A stretch of 64,000 bases of DNA. Source: Octopus sinensis (taxonomy: Eukaryota). Below, one piece after another: positions 25,042 through 38,500 of this stretch. The stretch is from contig NC_043020.1 of NCBI RefSeq assembly GCF_006345805.1, positions 4,650,001 through 4,714,000 of the forward strand, read 5' to 3'. A program made the position numbers and the translations under genes. The notes under the pieces were generated by a model that saw only the letters and a list, made by a program, of their open reading frames with translations, did no database searches and was not told the origin of the DNA. How positions within the stretch are numbered: the stretch's first letter is position 1; each line of letters opens with the position of its first letter.

Positions 25042-25425
25042 GATTGTGAGAGGAGAGAGAAGAAAGAAGAGAAAAAAGAAAAAAAAAATTGTGAACTATA
25101 GGTGACGAAAATGTAACCTCTCGATTCCGGGGATCGAGTGGGCATTTGCATCTCATTGTAAATATTCTTTCATTTGTCATTTTTATTTTTATTTTTTCCC
25201 TTCTTGTCATTTCGCTTTCTTATTTTAAGTTCCCCGATTGTATTGTCCCCTCTATGTTCGCCCCTTGTGGGTAGTAATAAAATCAGCGTGTCGGAAATTT
25301 ACCCACGTGTGTTGTTATCTGTGATTAGACGTTGAAATTTTGTTGTGTAAAGTGATTAATATCGCGCAAGGCATTTGCCTCCACGTTTGGAAACCTTCTG
25401 AAGAAGGTGAATTGACCCTCTAGTC

Positions 25426-26821
25426 ATGGCGACTTACGCGGGGGTCACGGGAAAGAATAATAATGATTCGGCAATAATCGTGAAGGATGTTTTCTTTGAG
25501 AAAAGTAAAATCAAAGAATATGAAAAGCTATTCAAAAGGGAGGGTGATAGCGTGAAGCTAATCCCCCCCGCGAAAGCAAAGGAGGACAAGAAAACAAAAC
25601 TGTAACGTATAGAACCCAGGACAAAAGTACAAAGAAACTGGCAAGAGTGGAGATAGCAGAGATCGAAAAATGTCTGGGAGACATAATGGATAAATCGACC
25701 TACGTGAGTAGAGGAAAAAAATTTGGTACGGTGGAGGTGAGATGTGCAACGGAAGAAATTGCAGCCTCACTGGCTACCACTGTTCTAAGAGCGGAAACAT
25801 TTATAATGTGGCCCTCATACAAGGGAAGAAGAGGGGTCCGGGTTAAAATCCCGAATATACCCCCAGAAGTAAAAACAGAATGGCTGGCAACAGCTATTCT
25901 AGGAGCAGCAGAAGAGGAAGTGGAGGTGGAATCCTTTAAGGAGTCCAACGCAGTAAATTGGAGAGGATATGGGGTAGAACTGTGTTTGATGGCCACAAAA
26001 GAGGACATTGAAAGGTTCCCCTATAGAATAGAAATCGAAGACGAGAAAACCCTCAGTGTAATTGTAGAGGGAAGAAAGCCAAACTGCTACTTGTGCGGGA
26101 CAAGGGGGCACATTAAAAAAGAGTGCCCGTTATATGAATTCATGGCGGAGTATGAGAAGGAAAATGAAGAAAAGAAGAATACGGGAAATGAAAAAGAAAA
26201 CATAGAAAAGGAGACAAAACAACAAGAGAAAGGAAATAATAAGTCAACGAAGGAAAAAGAAATAAAAGAAAAGAAAGAAATAGAACCAAAACAGAGTCAG
26301 GAAAAGAAAAAGGAAAAAGAAACAACAGGAAAAAAACAAGAGAGAGAACAGAACCAAACGAAAAGAAAAGACGGCACACAAAAAGAAAAAGAAAAGGAAC
26401 ATAAAACACGAGAGAAAGAGAGAACAGACAAAGAACCAAAAGACAAGAGAAGGAAGAAAAGAAAAGAAGGCAAAAAGAGAGAAAGAGAGAAACAAAGAGA
26501 GGAGAACAAGGAAGAAATAAGCCCGAAAAGAAAAACGAGAGAAAACGTAGGACGGAAACAAGATTACTACAAGTTAATAACCTTCCATTCCACCCCGAAA
26601 TGAAGGAATTGACATGTAGTATGGAGGGACATGTGTGGGTCAACAGGATGACTGATCAGTGGCAGGAGACTGCTCTGATCCCCGAAGAAAGAGTCGCTGA
26701 GTTCCTCAGAGCAGCTGGAGAGAGTGTAATTTTTTACACGGGTGTTCGAGTGAAAGAGCGGCTGCCTGAGGGCTCAGTGATTGACTTTAGAGACTTGAAA
26801 AGTATTATGGAATACGTGTGA
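25426..26821 (+). CDS. Type A ORF1, copy A6 (frameshifted as assembled)
   Basis: 318-aa central part intact. Confidence 0.7.
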
Positions 26822-27204
26822 GATTGTGAGAGGAGAGAGAAGAAAGAAGAGAAAAAAGAAAAAAAAAATTGTGAACTATAGGTGACGAAAATGTAACCTC
26901 TCGATTCCGGGGATCGAGTGGGCATTTGCATCTCATTGTAAATATTCTTTCATTGTCATTTTTATTTTTATTTTTTCCCTTCTTGTCATTTCGCTTTCTT
27001 ATTTTAAGTTCCCCGATTGTATTGTCCCCTCTATGTTCGCCCCTTGTGGGTAGTAATAAAATCAGCGTGTCGGAAATTTACCCACGTGTGTTGTTATCTG
27101 TGATTAGACGTTGAAATTTTGTTGTGTAAAGTGATTAATATCGCGCAAGGCATTTGCCTCCACGTTTGGAAACCTTCTGAAGAAGGTGAATTGACCCTCT
27201 AGTC

Positions 27205-28603
27205 ATGGCGACTTACGCGGGGGTCACGGGAAAGAATAATAATGATTCGGCAATAATCGTGAAGGATGTTTTCTTTGAGAAAAGTAAAATCAAAGAATAT
27301 GAAAAGCTATTCAAAAGGGAGGGTGATAGCGTGAAGCTAATCCCCCCCGCGAAAGCAAAGGAGGACAAGGAAAACAAAACTGTAACGTATAGAACCCAGG
27401 ACAAAAGTACAAAGAAACTGGCAAGAGTGGAGATAGCAGAGATCGAAAAATGTCTGGGAGACATAATGGATAAATCGACCTACGTGAGTAGAGGAAAAAA
27501 TTTGGTACGGTGGAGGTGAGATGTGCAACGGAAGAAATTGCAGCCTCACTGGCTACCACTGTTCTAAGAGCGGAAACATTTATAATGTGGCCCTCATACA
27601 AGGGAAGAAGAGGGGTCCGGGTTAAAATCCCGAATATACCCCCAGAAGTAAAACAGAATGGCTGGCAACAGCTATTCTAGGAGCAGCAGAAGAGGAAGTG
27701 GAGGTGGAATCCTTTAAGGAGTCCAACGCAGTAAATTGGAGAGGATATGGGGTAGAACTGTGTTTGATGGCCACAAAAGAGGACATTGAAAGGTTCCCCT
27801 ATAGAATAGAAATCGAAGACGAGAAAACCCTCAGTGTAATTGTAGAGGGAAGAAAGCCAAACTGCTACTTGTGCGGGACAAGGGGGCACATTAAAAAAGA
27901 GTGCCCGTTATATGAATTCATGGCGGAGTATGAGAAGGAAAATGAAGAAAAGAAGAATACGGGAAATGAAAAAGAAAACATAGAAAAGGAGACAAAACAA
28001 CAAGAGAAAGGAAATAATAAGTCAACGAAGGAAAAAGAAATAAAAGAAAAGAAAGAAATAGAACCAAAACAGAGTCAGGAAAAGAAAAAGGAAAAAGAAA
28101 CAACAGGAAAAAAACAAGAGAGAGAACAGAACCAAACGAAAAGAAAAGACGGCACACAAAAAGAAAAAGAAAAGGAACATAAAACACGAGAGAAAGAGAG
28201 AACAGACAAAGAACCAAAAAGACAAGAGAAGGAAGAAGAAAGAAAAGAAGGCAAAAAGAGAGAAAGAGAGAAACAAAGAGAGGAGAACAAGGAAGAAATA
28301 AGCCCGAAAAGAAAAACGAGAGAAAACGTAGGACGGAAACAAGATTACTACAAGTTAATAACCTTCCATTCCAGCCCCGAAATGAAGGAATTGACATGTA
28401 GTATGGAGGGACATGTGTGGGTCAACAGGATGACTGATCAGTGGCAGGAGACTGCTCTGATCCCCGAAGAAAGAGTCGCTGAGTTCCTCAGAGCAGCTGG
28501 AGAGAGTGTAATTTTTTACACGGGTGTTCGAGTGAAAGAGCGGCTGCCTGAGGGCTCAGTGATTGACTTTAGAGACTTGAAAAGTATTATGGAATACGTG
28601 TGA
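27205..28603 (+). CDS. Type A ORF1, copy A7 (two single-A deletions from a ~466-aa ORF)
   Basis: 104-aa start plus 301-aa end; breaks at A-runs near 27500 and 27650. Confidence 0.75.
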
Positions 28604-28988
28604 GATTGTGAGAGGAGAGAGAAGAAAGAAGAGAAAAAAGAAAAAAAAAAATTGTGAACTATAGGTGACGAAAATGTAACCTCTCGATTCCGGGGATCGA
28701 GTGGGCATTTGCATCTCATTGTAAATATTCTTTCATTTGTCATTTTTATTTTTATTTTTTCCCTTCTTGTCATTTCGCTTTCTTATTTTAAGTTCCCCGA
28801 TTGTATTGTCCCCTCTATGTTCGCCCCTTGTGGGTAGTAATAAAATCAGCGTGTCGGAAATTTACCCACGTGTGTTGTTATCTGTGATTAGACGTTGAAA
28901 TTTTGTTGTGTAAAGTGATTAATATCGCGCAAGGCATTTGCCTCCACGTTTGGAAACCTTCTGAAGAAGGTGAATTGACCCTCTAGTC

Positions 28989-30381
28989 ATGGCGACTTAC
29001 GCGGGGGTCACGGGAAAGAATAATAATGATTCGGCAATAATCGTGAAGGATGTTTTCTTTGAGAAAAGTAAAATCAAAGAATATGAAAAGCTATTCAAAA
29101 GGGAGGGTGATAGCGTGAAGCTAATCCCCCCCGCGAAAGCAAAGGAGGACAAGGAAAACAAAACTGTAACGTATAGAACCCAGGACAAAAGTACAAAGAA
29201 ACTGGCAAGAGTGGAGATAGCAGAGATCGAAAAATGTCTGGGAGACATAATGGATAAATCGACCTACGTGAGTAGAGGAAAAAAATTTGGTACGGTGGAG
29301 GTGAGATGTGCAACGGAAGAAATTGCAGCCTCACTGGCTACCACTGTTCTAAGAGCGGAACATTTATAATGTGGCCCTCATACAAGGGAAGAAGAGGGGT
29401 CCGGGTTAAAATCCCGAATATACCCCCAGAAGTAAAACAGAATGGCTGGCAACAGCTATTCTAGGAGCAGCAGAAGAGGAAGTGGAGGTGGAATCCTTTA
29501 AGGAGTCCAACGCAGTAAATTGGAGAGGATATGGGGTAGAACTGTGTTTGATGGCCACAAAAGAGGACATTGAAAGGTTCCCCTATAGAATAGAAATCGA
29601 AGACGAGAAAACCCTCAGTGTAATTGTAGAGGGAAGAAAGCCAAACTGCTACTTGTGCGGGACAAGGGGGCACATTAAAAAGAGTGCCCGTTATATGAAT
29701 TCATGGCGGAGTATGAGAAGGAAATGAAGAAAAGAAGAATACGGGAAATGAAAAAGAAAACATAGAAAAGGAGACAAAACAACAAGAGAAGGAAATAATA
29801 AGTCAACGAAGAAAAAGAAATAAAAGAAAAGAAGAAATAGAACCAAAACAGAGTCAGGAAAAGAAAAAGGAAAAAGAAACAACAGGAAAAAACAAGAGAG
29901 AGAACAGAACCAAACGAAAAGAAAAGACGGCACACAAAAAGAAAAAGAAAAGGAACATAAAACACGAGAGAAAAAGAGAGACAGACAAAGAACCAAAAAG
30001 ACAAGAGAAGGAAAAGAAAGAAAAGAAGGCAAAAAGAGAGAAAGAGAGAAACAAAGAGAGGAGAACAAGGAAGAAATAAGCCCGAAAAGAAAAACGAGAG
30101 AAAACGTAGGACGGAAACAAGATTACTACAAGTTAATAACCTTCCATTCCAGCCCCGAAATGAAGGAATTGACATGTAGTATGGAGGGACATGTGTGGGT
30201 CAACAGGATGACTGATCAGTGGCAGGAGACTGCTCTGATCCCCGAAGAAAGAGTCGCTGAGTTCCTCAGAGCAGCTGGAGAGAGTGTAATTTTTTACACG
30301 GGTGTTCGAGTGAAAGAGCGGCTGCCTGAGGGCTCAGTGATTGACTTTAGAGACTTGAAAAGTATTATGGAATACGTGTGA
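28989..30381 (+). CDS. Type A ORF1, copy A8 (frameshifted as assembled)
   Basis: Same protein in pieces across frames. Confidence 0.7.
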
Positions 30382-30624
30382 GATTGTGAGAGGAGAGAGA
30401 AGAAAGAAGAAAAAAAAAAAAAAAAATTGTGAACTATAGGTGACGAAAATGTAACCTCTCGATTCCGGGGATCGAGTGGGCATTTGCATCTCATTGTAAA
30501 TATTCTTTCATTTGTCATTTTTATTTTTATTTTTTCCCTTCTTGTCATTTCGCTTTCTTATTTTAAGTTCCCCGATTGTATTGTCCCCTCTATGTTCGCC
30601 CCTTGTGGGTAGTAATAAAATCAG

Positions 30625-32518
30625 CGTGTCGGAAATCTATCCACATGTGTTGTGAGTTATTTTGTATGTGAAAATTGAAAAAAGACTGTTAAAAATTGAA
30701 TCGCGCGAGGCGTTTTGCCGCTGCGTGTTTGAACCTTTTATAGAAGGTGTGTCGACCCTCAAGTCATGGAGACTTACGCGGGGGTCGCCACAACAAAAAG
30801 TGACGAGTCACTTAGAATAAAAGAAGTGTTCTTTAGAAAAGAACAATTGAAAGAATACGAGAAGTTCGTCAAAAGGGAGGGTGACAGCGTGAAGCTGGTC
30901 CCGCCTGTGGAAACAATAGAAGAGAAAAATAACATCACGATAACGTATAGAACGCAAGATAGAAACACGAGAAAACTGGTGAGAGTGACGATTGAAGAAT
31001 AGAGAAATGTCTGGGGGACATCATGAAAAAAGCGACTTTTGTAGACAGAGGAAAAAATATGGTACGGTGGAGGTGAGATGCGCAACAAAGGAAGTGGCGG
31101 CCTCATTGGCTTCCACTGTCCTGAAAGCGGAAAATTTCACCATGTGGCCGACGTATAAAGGAAGACGAGGGGTACGGGTAAGAGTCCCAAAGGTACCCCC
31201 AAATATTAAAACAGAATGCTGGTAACAGCCATTATTGGAGCAGCAAAAGAGGAAGTAGAAATAGGGTCAATTAAGGAGACGAACGTTGTAAATTGGAAGG
31301 GATTCGGAGTCGAGTTGTGGCTGATGGCCACAATGGAAGACATCGAAAGATTTCCCTTCCAAATAGAAATAGAAAACGAGAAGACAATTAGTGTAATAGT
31401 GGAAGGCAAAAACCGAACTGCTACCTGTGCGGTTCAAGAGGGCACATAAAAAAGGAATGTCCGCTGTATGAATTCACAGCGGAGCAAAAAGAGACACAAG
31501 TGGAGAGAAGGAAAACGAACACGAAGGAAAGAACAGCGAAACAAGGAAAAGGAAATAACGGAGAACAACAAGAGAAGGGAGTAACAGCGCACTGAAGGAA
31601 AATGAAAACAAAGGGAAGAAGATAGTAGAAGAGGAGCAAAATTCACAGGGTGCAGAAGTAGTGGAGAAGGAGCCAAGGCAGAAGCAAGAGAAAGAAAAGG
31701 AAAGTACATTAAAGGAAAGAGAAAAAGCAGGAAAAGAACAAGAGAAGGAACAAAACAAGAGAAGGAAAAGATGGTACAAAAAGGAAAAGAAACAACAGGA
31801 AAGGAACTTAAGGCACAGGGTAGAGAGACGGCAGACAAAGAGCCAAAAAGACAAGAGAAGGAAAAGAAAGAAGAAGCAAAAAGAGAGAAAGAGAGAAACG
31901 AGGGAGGAGAAAAAAGAGGAAGTAAGTCCTAAGAGAAAAACTAGAGAAAACGTAGGTACGAATAGAAAATCAAATACTATGGAACGTTGATCCATCACAA
32001 GCACTGTGAGGAGATGGAAGATTTAATAAGCGCAACAAACGGATATACGTGGGTCAGGATGGGCACCGAATGGAAAGAACAGGTGCACTCGTCCACGAGA
32101 ACGACGCCGAGGCGTTCATCGAGGCAGCTGGCGAGAACGTGTTAAAACATATGAATGCCGCTTAAAAGGTGGCCTCGAACGATGGAAGTTTACTCAGATT
32201 TGGTAGACATAATGGAGTGTATGATAAAAAGGTATTGTGAAAACTTAATTTGGAAATGATAAAAAAACTTTAAATTCTGAAAAAAAAAAAAAAGGAATGT
32301 TGAACTTTGTAAAACTTTTTGAAATGTATGTTGAAAATGTAAAAAATGTTTTATTTGAAAATATTGTTGACGAACAAAATTAATTGACGAAATGTAACCG
32401 CTCGATTTCGGGGATCGAGCGGGCATTACACCACATTGTACAAACTTCATAATTCATTATTCATTCCCGATTGTATTGTCCCATCTATGTAGCCCCTAGT
32501 GGGTAATAATAAAACAAG
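30625..32518 (+). mobile_element. Type B ORF1-only element B1 (ORF1 30766 to ~32227, frameshifted)
   Basis: METYAGV start, PNCYLCGSRGHIKKEC knuckle, shared 3' tail, no ORF2. Confidence 0.85.
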
Positions 32519-33905
32519 CGTGTCGGAAATCTATCCACATGTGTTGTGAGTTATTTTGTATGTGAAAATTGAAAAAAAAAACTGTTAAAAATTGTCAAAA
32601 AATTGAATCGCGCGAGGCGTTTGCCGCTACGTGTTTGAACCTTTTATAGAAGGTATGTCGACCCTCAAGTCATGGAGACTTACGCGGGGTCGCCACAACA
32701 AAAAGTGACGAGTCTCTTAGAATAAAAGAAGTGTTCTTTAGAAAAGAACAATTGAAGGAATACGAGAAGTTTGTCAAAAGGGATGGTGACAGCGTGAAGC
32801 TGGTCCCGCCTGTGGAAACAATAGAAGAGAAAAATAACAAGACGATAACGTATAGAACGCAAGATAGAAACACGAGAAAACTGGTGAGAGTGACGATTGA
32901 AGAAATAGAGAAATGTCTGGGGGACATCATGAAAAAAGCGACTTTTGTAGACAGAGGAAAGAAATATGGTACGGTGGAGGTGAGATGCGCAACAAAGGAA
33001 GTGGCGGCCTCATTGGCTTCCACTGTCCTGAAAGCGGAAAATTTCACCATGTGGCCGACGTATAAAGGAAGACGAGGGGTACGGGTAAGAGTCCCAAAAG
33101 AACAAGAGAAGGAACAGAACCAAGAGAAAGGAAAAGATGGTATGCAAAAAGGAAAAGAAACAACAGGAAAGGAACTTAAGGCACAGGGTAGGGAGAGAGA
33201 CGGGACAAGAGCAAAAAGACAAGAGAAGGAAAAAGAAAGAAGAGAAGCAAAAAAGAGAGAAAGAGAGAAACCGAGGGAGGAGAAAAAAGAGGAAGTAAGT
33301 CCTAAGAGAAAAACTAGAGAAAACGTAAGTACGAATAGAAAATTCAAATACTATGGAACGTTGATCCATCACAGGCACTGTGAGGAGATGGAAGATTTAA
33401 TAAGCGTAACAAACGGATATACGTGGGTCAGGATGGGCACCGAATGGAAAGAAACAGGTGCACTCGTCCACGAGAACGACGCCGAGGCGTTCATCGAGGC
33501 AGCTGGCAAGAACGTGTCAAAACATATGAAATGCCGACTTACAAGGTGGCCTCGAACGATGGAAGTTTACTCAGATTTGGTAGACATAATGGAGTATATA
33601 TAAAAGAAAAGGTATTGTGAAAACTTTTAATTTGGAAATGATAAAAAGAACTTTAAATTCGGAAAAAAAAAAAAAAAGAAATGTTGAACTTTGTAAAACT
33701 TTTGAAATGTATGTTGAAAATGTATAAAATGTTTTATTTGGAAAATATTGTTGACGAATAAAAAATAAATGACGAAATGTAACCGCTCGATTTCGGGGAT
33801 CGAGTGGGCATTGCACCACATTGTACAAACTTCATAATTCATTATTCATTTTCCCGATTGTATTGTCCCATCTATGTAGCCCCTAGTGGGTAATAATAAA
33901 ACAAG
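32519..33905 (+). mobile_element. Type B ORF1-only element B2 with an in-frame internal deletion (ORF 32672-33603)
   Basis: RVRVPK is fused to EQEKEQ at ~33098, so the knuckle region is absent; C-terminal domain ...DLVDIMEYI* is retained. Confidence 0.85.
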
Positions 33906-34128
33906 CGTGTCGGAAATCATTTTTTTTGCGTTATTAGTAAGTTGATATATTTTTGCTCTCGTACTGTTGTCTCTGTTATTATATACTGTTGGTCTACCTT
34001 TTGTCTATTGTTGTCTAACTGACGAAGTCAGCCTTCGCGCGAGGACTTCGCGTTGGTGTTCCCCCTCAGTGGGGGAAAACTAAAATTAATTTGGATTTAC
34101 CAAAGGCTTGTTAAGCCATTTGTTCAAG

Positions 34129-35519
34129 ATGGAGTCCCCCATCTCTTATTCGCCCGTGACGAGCGAGGATGAATACCCGGCGTTGTCGCCAAGTAAAAAA
34201 GAGGCGTTGTCGCCAAGAAAAAAAGAGGCGTTGTCGCCGAAGAAAAAAGAGGCGGCGGCGTCGCCCAAGAAAATGGAAAAAACCAGTACCAGCATCAACT
34301 CCAGCAAAAAAATTCGCTGAAGTGGCTGGGAAAAAGATCAAAAAAATAAATATAGACAATTTTAAAAAATTTGCAGACTGTGTAAAAAAAGAAGGCACAG
34401 AAGTGACTGTGGCCACAAACATACAAATACATGACGATATAGAAAAAAAAAGAATAATATATAAAACTTACGACACAACGAAAAAAATGATCCAAAAAAT
34501 CGAAGAAAAAAAATAGAGTTTTGTCTAAAACATTTTATAGATAAAAATAACGTATATAAACAGAGGAAAAAGATACGGCACAGTGGAGGTGCGTTTTACT
34601 ACGGAGGAGATAGCGAAGAAACTATCGATGGAGCCAATCAAAGCGGAAAACATTGTCTTACTACCATTGTATAAAGGAAAAAGGACGTCGAAAATTTCAA
34701 TGAACAACATACCGCCAGAGGCAGATGCTGAATGTCTGGTGGCAGCAGTGATGGTAGGTCTGGAGGAAAAAATAAACATCCTCCAGGCCACAGTGGAGGA
34801 AGAGGAGTTTTGGAAAGGGCAAAAAATAGTGATAGCCATTCAGCGGAGGTGCAAACACTGGAAGAAATTCCAGAAACGGTAAAGATTAGTGAAGACGAGA
34901 AAATAACAGTTTTCGTGGAGGGCAGGAAGCCGAGGTGCTTCGGCTGCGGCAAGAAGGGTCATGTAAGGGCGGAATGCCAACCCCAACCCAAACCGCAGGA
35001 AGCACCTAAGCCAAAAGAAAAAGAAGATAATGTGTCACCAGAAGCAGCTTCGGACGGCCCAGAAGGGAAGACTGAAGGTGTGGAGGTGACGGTGACAGCA
35101 GAACCAGCGGCGGAGGAGGAAAAAAAAGAGCGAGAGCGAGGAAAAGATAAATGAGGAGGGGTGGGCAAAAATTACCGGAAAAAAAAAAAGAAAAACGGAA
35201 ACCCCCCTCCCAGAGTAATTTTAAAAAAGAAAAAAGAGTCAATGAACTCGTATATGGCCGTAAAGGCAGCAAATAGCAGACTCGGAAACGTGTTGGCAGC
35301 CATGGCCAAAGTGGAGAAAGTAGTGAAAAAAAACGACTTTGTAATTTACAGAATAGGCCGGAAGGATTACGGGCGGATAAAGTCAGAATTCTTCCATGAC
35401 GTAGGCCCACTTAGATTGGATGTGACATCTCCACATATATTCGAGGGCCTACGTCAGACTCCCCCACGAGACCCAGAAAAGAGTTAGAAGAACAAGAGAA
35501 AACCGAACCACTGATATAA
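34129..35519 (+). CDS. ORF1 of element C (SPxK repeats, CFGCGKKGHVRAEC knuckle; frameshifted as assembled)
   Basis: Pieces in several frames, collinear with the ORF1 of D. Confidence 0.75.
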
Positions 35520-35527
35520 GGTAAGTA

Positions 35528-38500
35528 ATGGATTACATTTATGTTGGTTGTTTGAATGTGCGCGGCCTGGGAGCAGGCTGGAAGCAAGGTCGCTTCCTGC
35601 ATGATATCAGGTCGCGTAATTTAGATGTTATTGTTGCTACAGAAACCCGGTTAGAGGGGCCAAGAGGTCTACTCCCGCTGTTTGACGGCTACGAGAGTTT
35701 TTTCTCTCCTGGCAGTCCTACAGGCGGGGTGGGGTGTTGGTCCTATTAAAAAGAAACCGGGTTTCTGAGAAAAAGTTAATTTTTGCAGATCCAGAAGGTA
35801 GGCTGGTCGTTATGGATTTGACGTTCAGTAATGGTAAAGTTATCAGACTGGTTGCAATTTACGCACCCAACCATACAGGGCAAAGTGATTATTTTCGTGA
35901 ACTAGAAAACTTTCTTGGTACTTCGCATTCATTAGTGGTGCTAGGAGACTTTAACACAATTTGCAAAGCGGATGTAGATTGTGTTGGCTCGCGTCCAGAT
36001 AGAAAAGGCAACAGTGGCTTCATGGAACTGCTAAGCCGCTTTGAGCTAGCAGATCCTTATAGGCTGGAATTTCCGAACGCTCCATTGTGGACATGGTCAA
36101 ACAGCGACGGATCTTCCAGGTCATATTTAGATAGAATACTAATTAGAAAAGTAGACAGTAAAATAGCTAAGTGTCCACAGTTTTACCCGATCAGCTACAG
36201 TGATCATAAAATGGTCACTTGTAAGCTTGACATAGATAAGGTTAAAAATAGAGGATCCGGTTACTGGAAACTTAATACGTCCCTTTTGGCGATTAAGGAG
36301 TACAAAGACCGGATTAGGAATATAATTCAGAGGGCACTATCTGGTACCATCATTAATAACAAATGGTGGTACGCCCTCAAACGAGCCATCAAGTTTGAGT
36401 CTATTAGATATAACATAGGAGTAGTGGCTAGAGAGGCTAGAAGGGAAACTACTCTAGTTAAGGAATTAGAGGAAGCCATGAAAACTGGCTCTGCGGCTCA
36501 GGTGACGTCCAAGAGACTGGTGTTAAACCAGCACCTCGAGGCCAAACACATGGGCTGCATTGTCAGGGCTAGGATCCGCGCAATGGGTTGTGAAGGAATC
36601 AACGCCGTGAGATGGGCCCGAGTGGTGGAAGCTCGGCATGGTAACGATGCCACGATTCGATCTTTGACGAACCAACAAGGTGAGTTGATAAACGAACCCG
36701 AGGAGATGTGTGAGGCCTTTCAGGAGCACTTCGCTCAGCTTTTCGGTGAGTGCGGCGGACTGGATAGGAGGAGGGCCTTTACGGACCTACTCGACGGGCT
36801 GCCGCGCTTATCGGGGCGAGATGCGGAGGGCTGTGAAGGGCCAATCACGCCTGAGGAGGTGGTTGAGGCAATGGCGGACTGCGGCGCGGGCAAGGCGCCG
36901 GGTTTGGATGGTCTACCCTATGAGTTATATAAGAGTATGCCAGACTTGTTCGGGCACCTACTGGCGGAGGTCTATGCGAACTGGCAGCAGAACGGGCTTA
37001 TACCCAGATCTGTGCGCCGGGGAGTAGTGACTCGCGTCAGAAAGGACCCGAGCAAGGGGGAGTGCATTGATAATTTCAGGCCCATCACTCTGCTAAACAC
37101 AGAGTTGAAGATTTTGGCCAAAGTGTTATCGAAAAGATTGGCGCGTGTCGCGGATGGTCTGATCGGAGAGGCACAGACATGTGCCGTTCCGGGCAGATCC
37201 ATTCAGGATAATCTCCATCTAATGCGGTACACTATAGAGGGGTTTAATAGTGATTCTGGCAAGGGTGGGGCACTGGTCCATTTAGACCAATCTAAAGCTT
37301 TTGATAGGGTCGACCATCGTTACCTGGTATCTGCCCTGGCACGGTTCGGGCTGAGCCTTGGCTTCCTCAGGTGGATTATCCAAATTTATGATAACATCGA
37401 CTCGGTAGTTCGGGTGAACGGCTACTTGTCGAAGCCGTTCAAAATCAAACGCTCGGTTCGTCAAGGGTGTCCGCTCTCCCCGCTTTTGTACGTGATGGCT
37501 CTTGAGCCATTACTGCGAAAACCGAGCGGCATCCCGAGACAGCCAGGTAATGGAAAATCAGTGTCAGCGTACGCGGATGACATCACCATCATCGTAACCG
37601 AAATGGACCACCTATGTAAAGTAGGCAAGGCCATAGAGGTTTACGAGACGGTGACAGGAGCAAAAGTTAATCGCGAAAAGTCAGTCGGCTTGCAACTCGG
37701 CACCTGGAGAGGCAAGTCGATGCCTCCTGACAGCGTCGTGGGACGTTGGACGGAGGGTCCGATTAAACTGCTAGGGGTTTGGTTCGGTCCAGACTTCCAA
37801 ATAGAGAAGAATTTGGGCGAGGTATCGAGCAGGGTGGCTGCAGTAGCCAAGACCTGGTCTTGGCGGTGGCTATCCCTGAAAGGGAGGGCGGAGGTGGCGA
37901 ATGTGTTTATCGCATCGGTTATCACCTACCGCCTCTCCGTCGTTCCTTGCCCTGATTCGTGGTCGATCAAGTTGGAAAGACAGCTCTTCTACTTCTTGTG
38001 GAAGGGCGGGAAACCACTTGTGAAACGCTCTACTTGCTGTCAACAACCGTTAAAGGGTGGGCTAGGGATGCCTTGGCTGATGATGCGCAGACATGCGCTG
38101 AGGTTAAGACATCTGTGGCTCTACCTGGATGGTGAACGGGTGTGGTCTTCGCTAGCAAAACTGATGTTTCCCAAGTTCACTAATTTCGGTGGATGGGAAA
38201 CCTGGCTGAATCGTAGATCGAAACTTGGTACTTGGTACACGGAGTGTCGCAAGGCTCTCCTGCTATTCCGTCGCTCGGGCAACGCCTGCGGTGGGGGTTC
38301 CACCACATTCTTCTATAGAGGGTTGGTAGAGGCGGAATGTGAAGATACCTTGGGGGAAACCCTAGGTCTCTACGATAATCAGCTGGCCAGTCTGTTCCGA
38401 CGTACGTTCGAGCCGAGGACACTGGACAACTTCCAGAAGTCTCTGGCATGGCAATGCTACAGAGGAGCTCTACCTGTTCGGGATAAACTCGCAAGGCACG

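Larger units (their letters stand above)
16420..30624 (+). repeat. Tandem array of eight ~1.77-kb type A ORF1-only retroelements
   Basis: CGTGTCGGAAATTT starts at 16421, 18191, 19966, 21733, 23505, 25287, 27066, 28850; units differ mostly by homopolymer indels. Confidence 0.97.

Noticed and set aside
16559-30381. Programmed ribosomal frameshifting in type A ORF1
   Set aside because: Frameshift positions differ between copies and A' has none, so error or decay is the simpler explanation
35517-35530. AAG|GTAAGT splice-donor-like site between ORF1 and ORF2 of C
   Set aside because: D has GATAAGT at the same place, so it is not conserved
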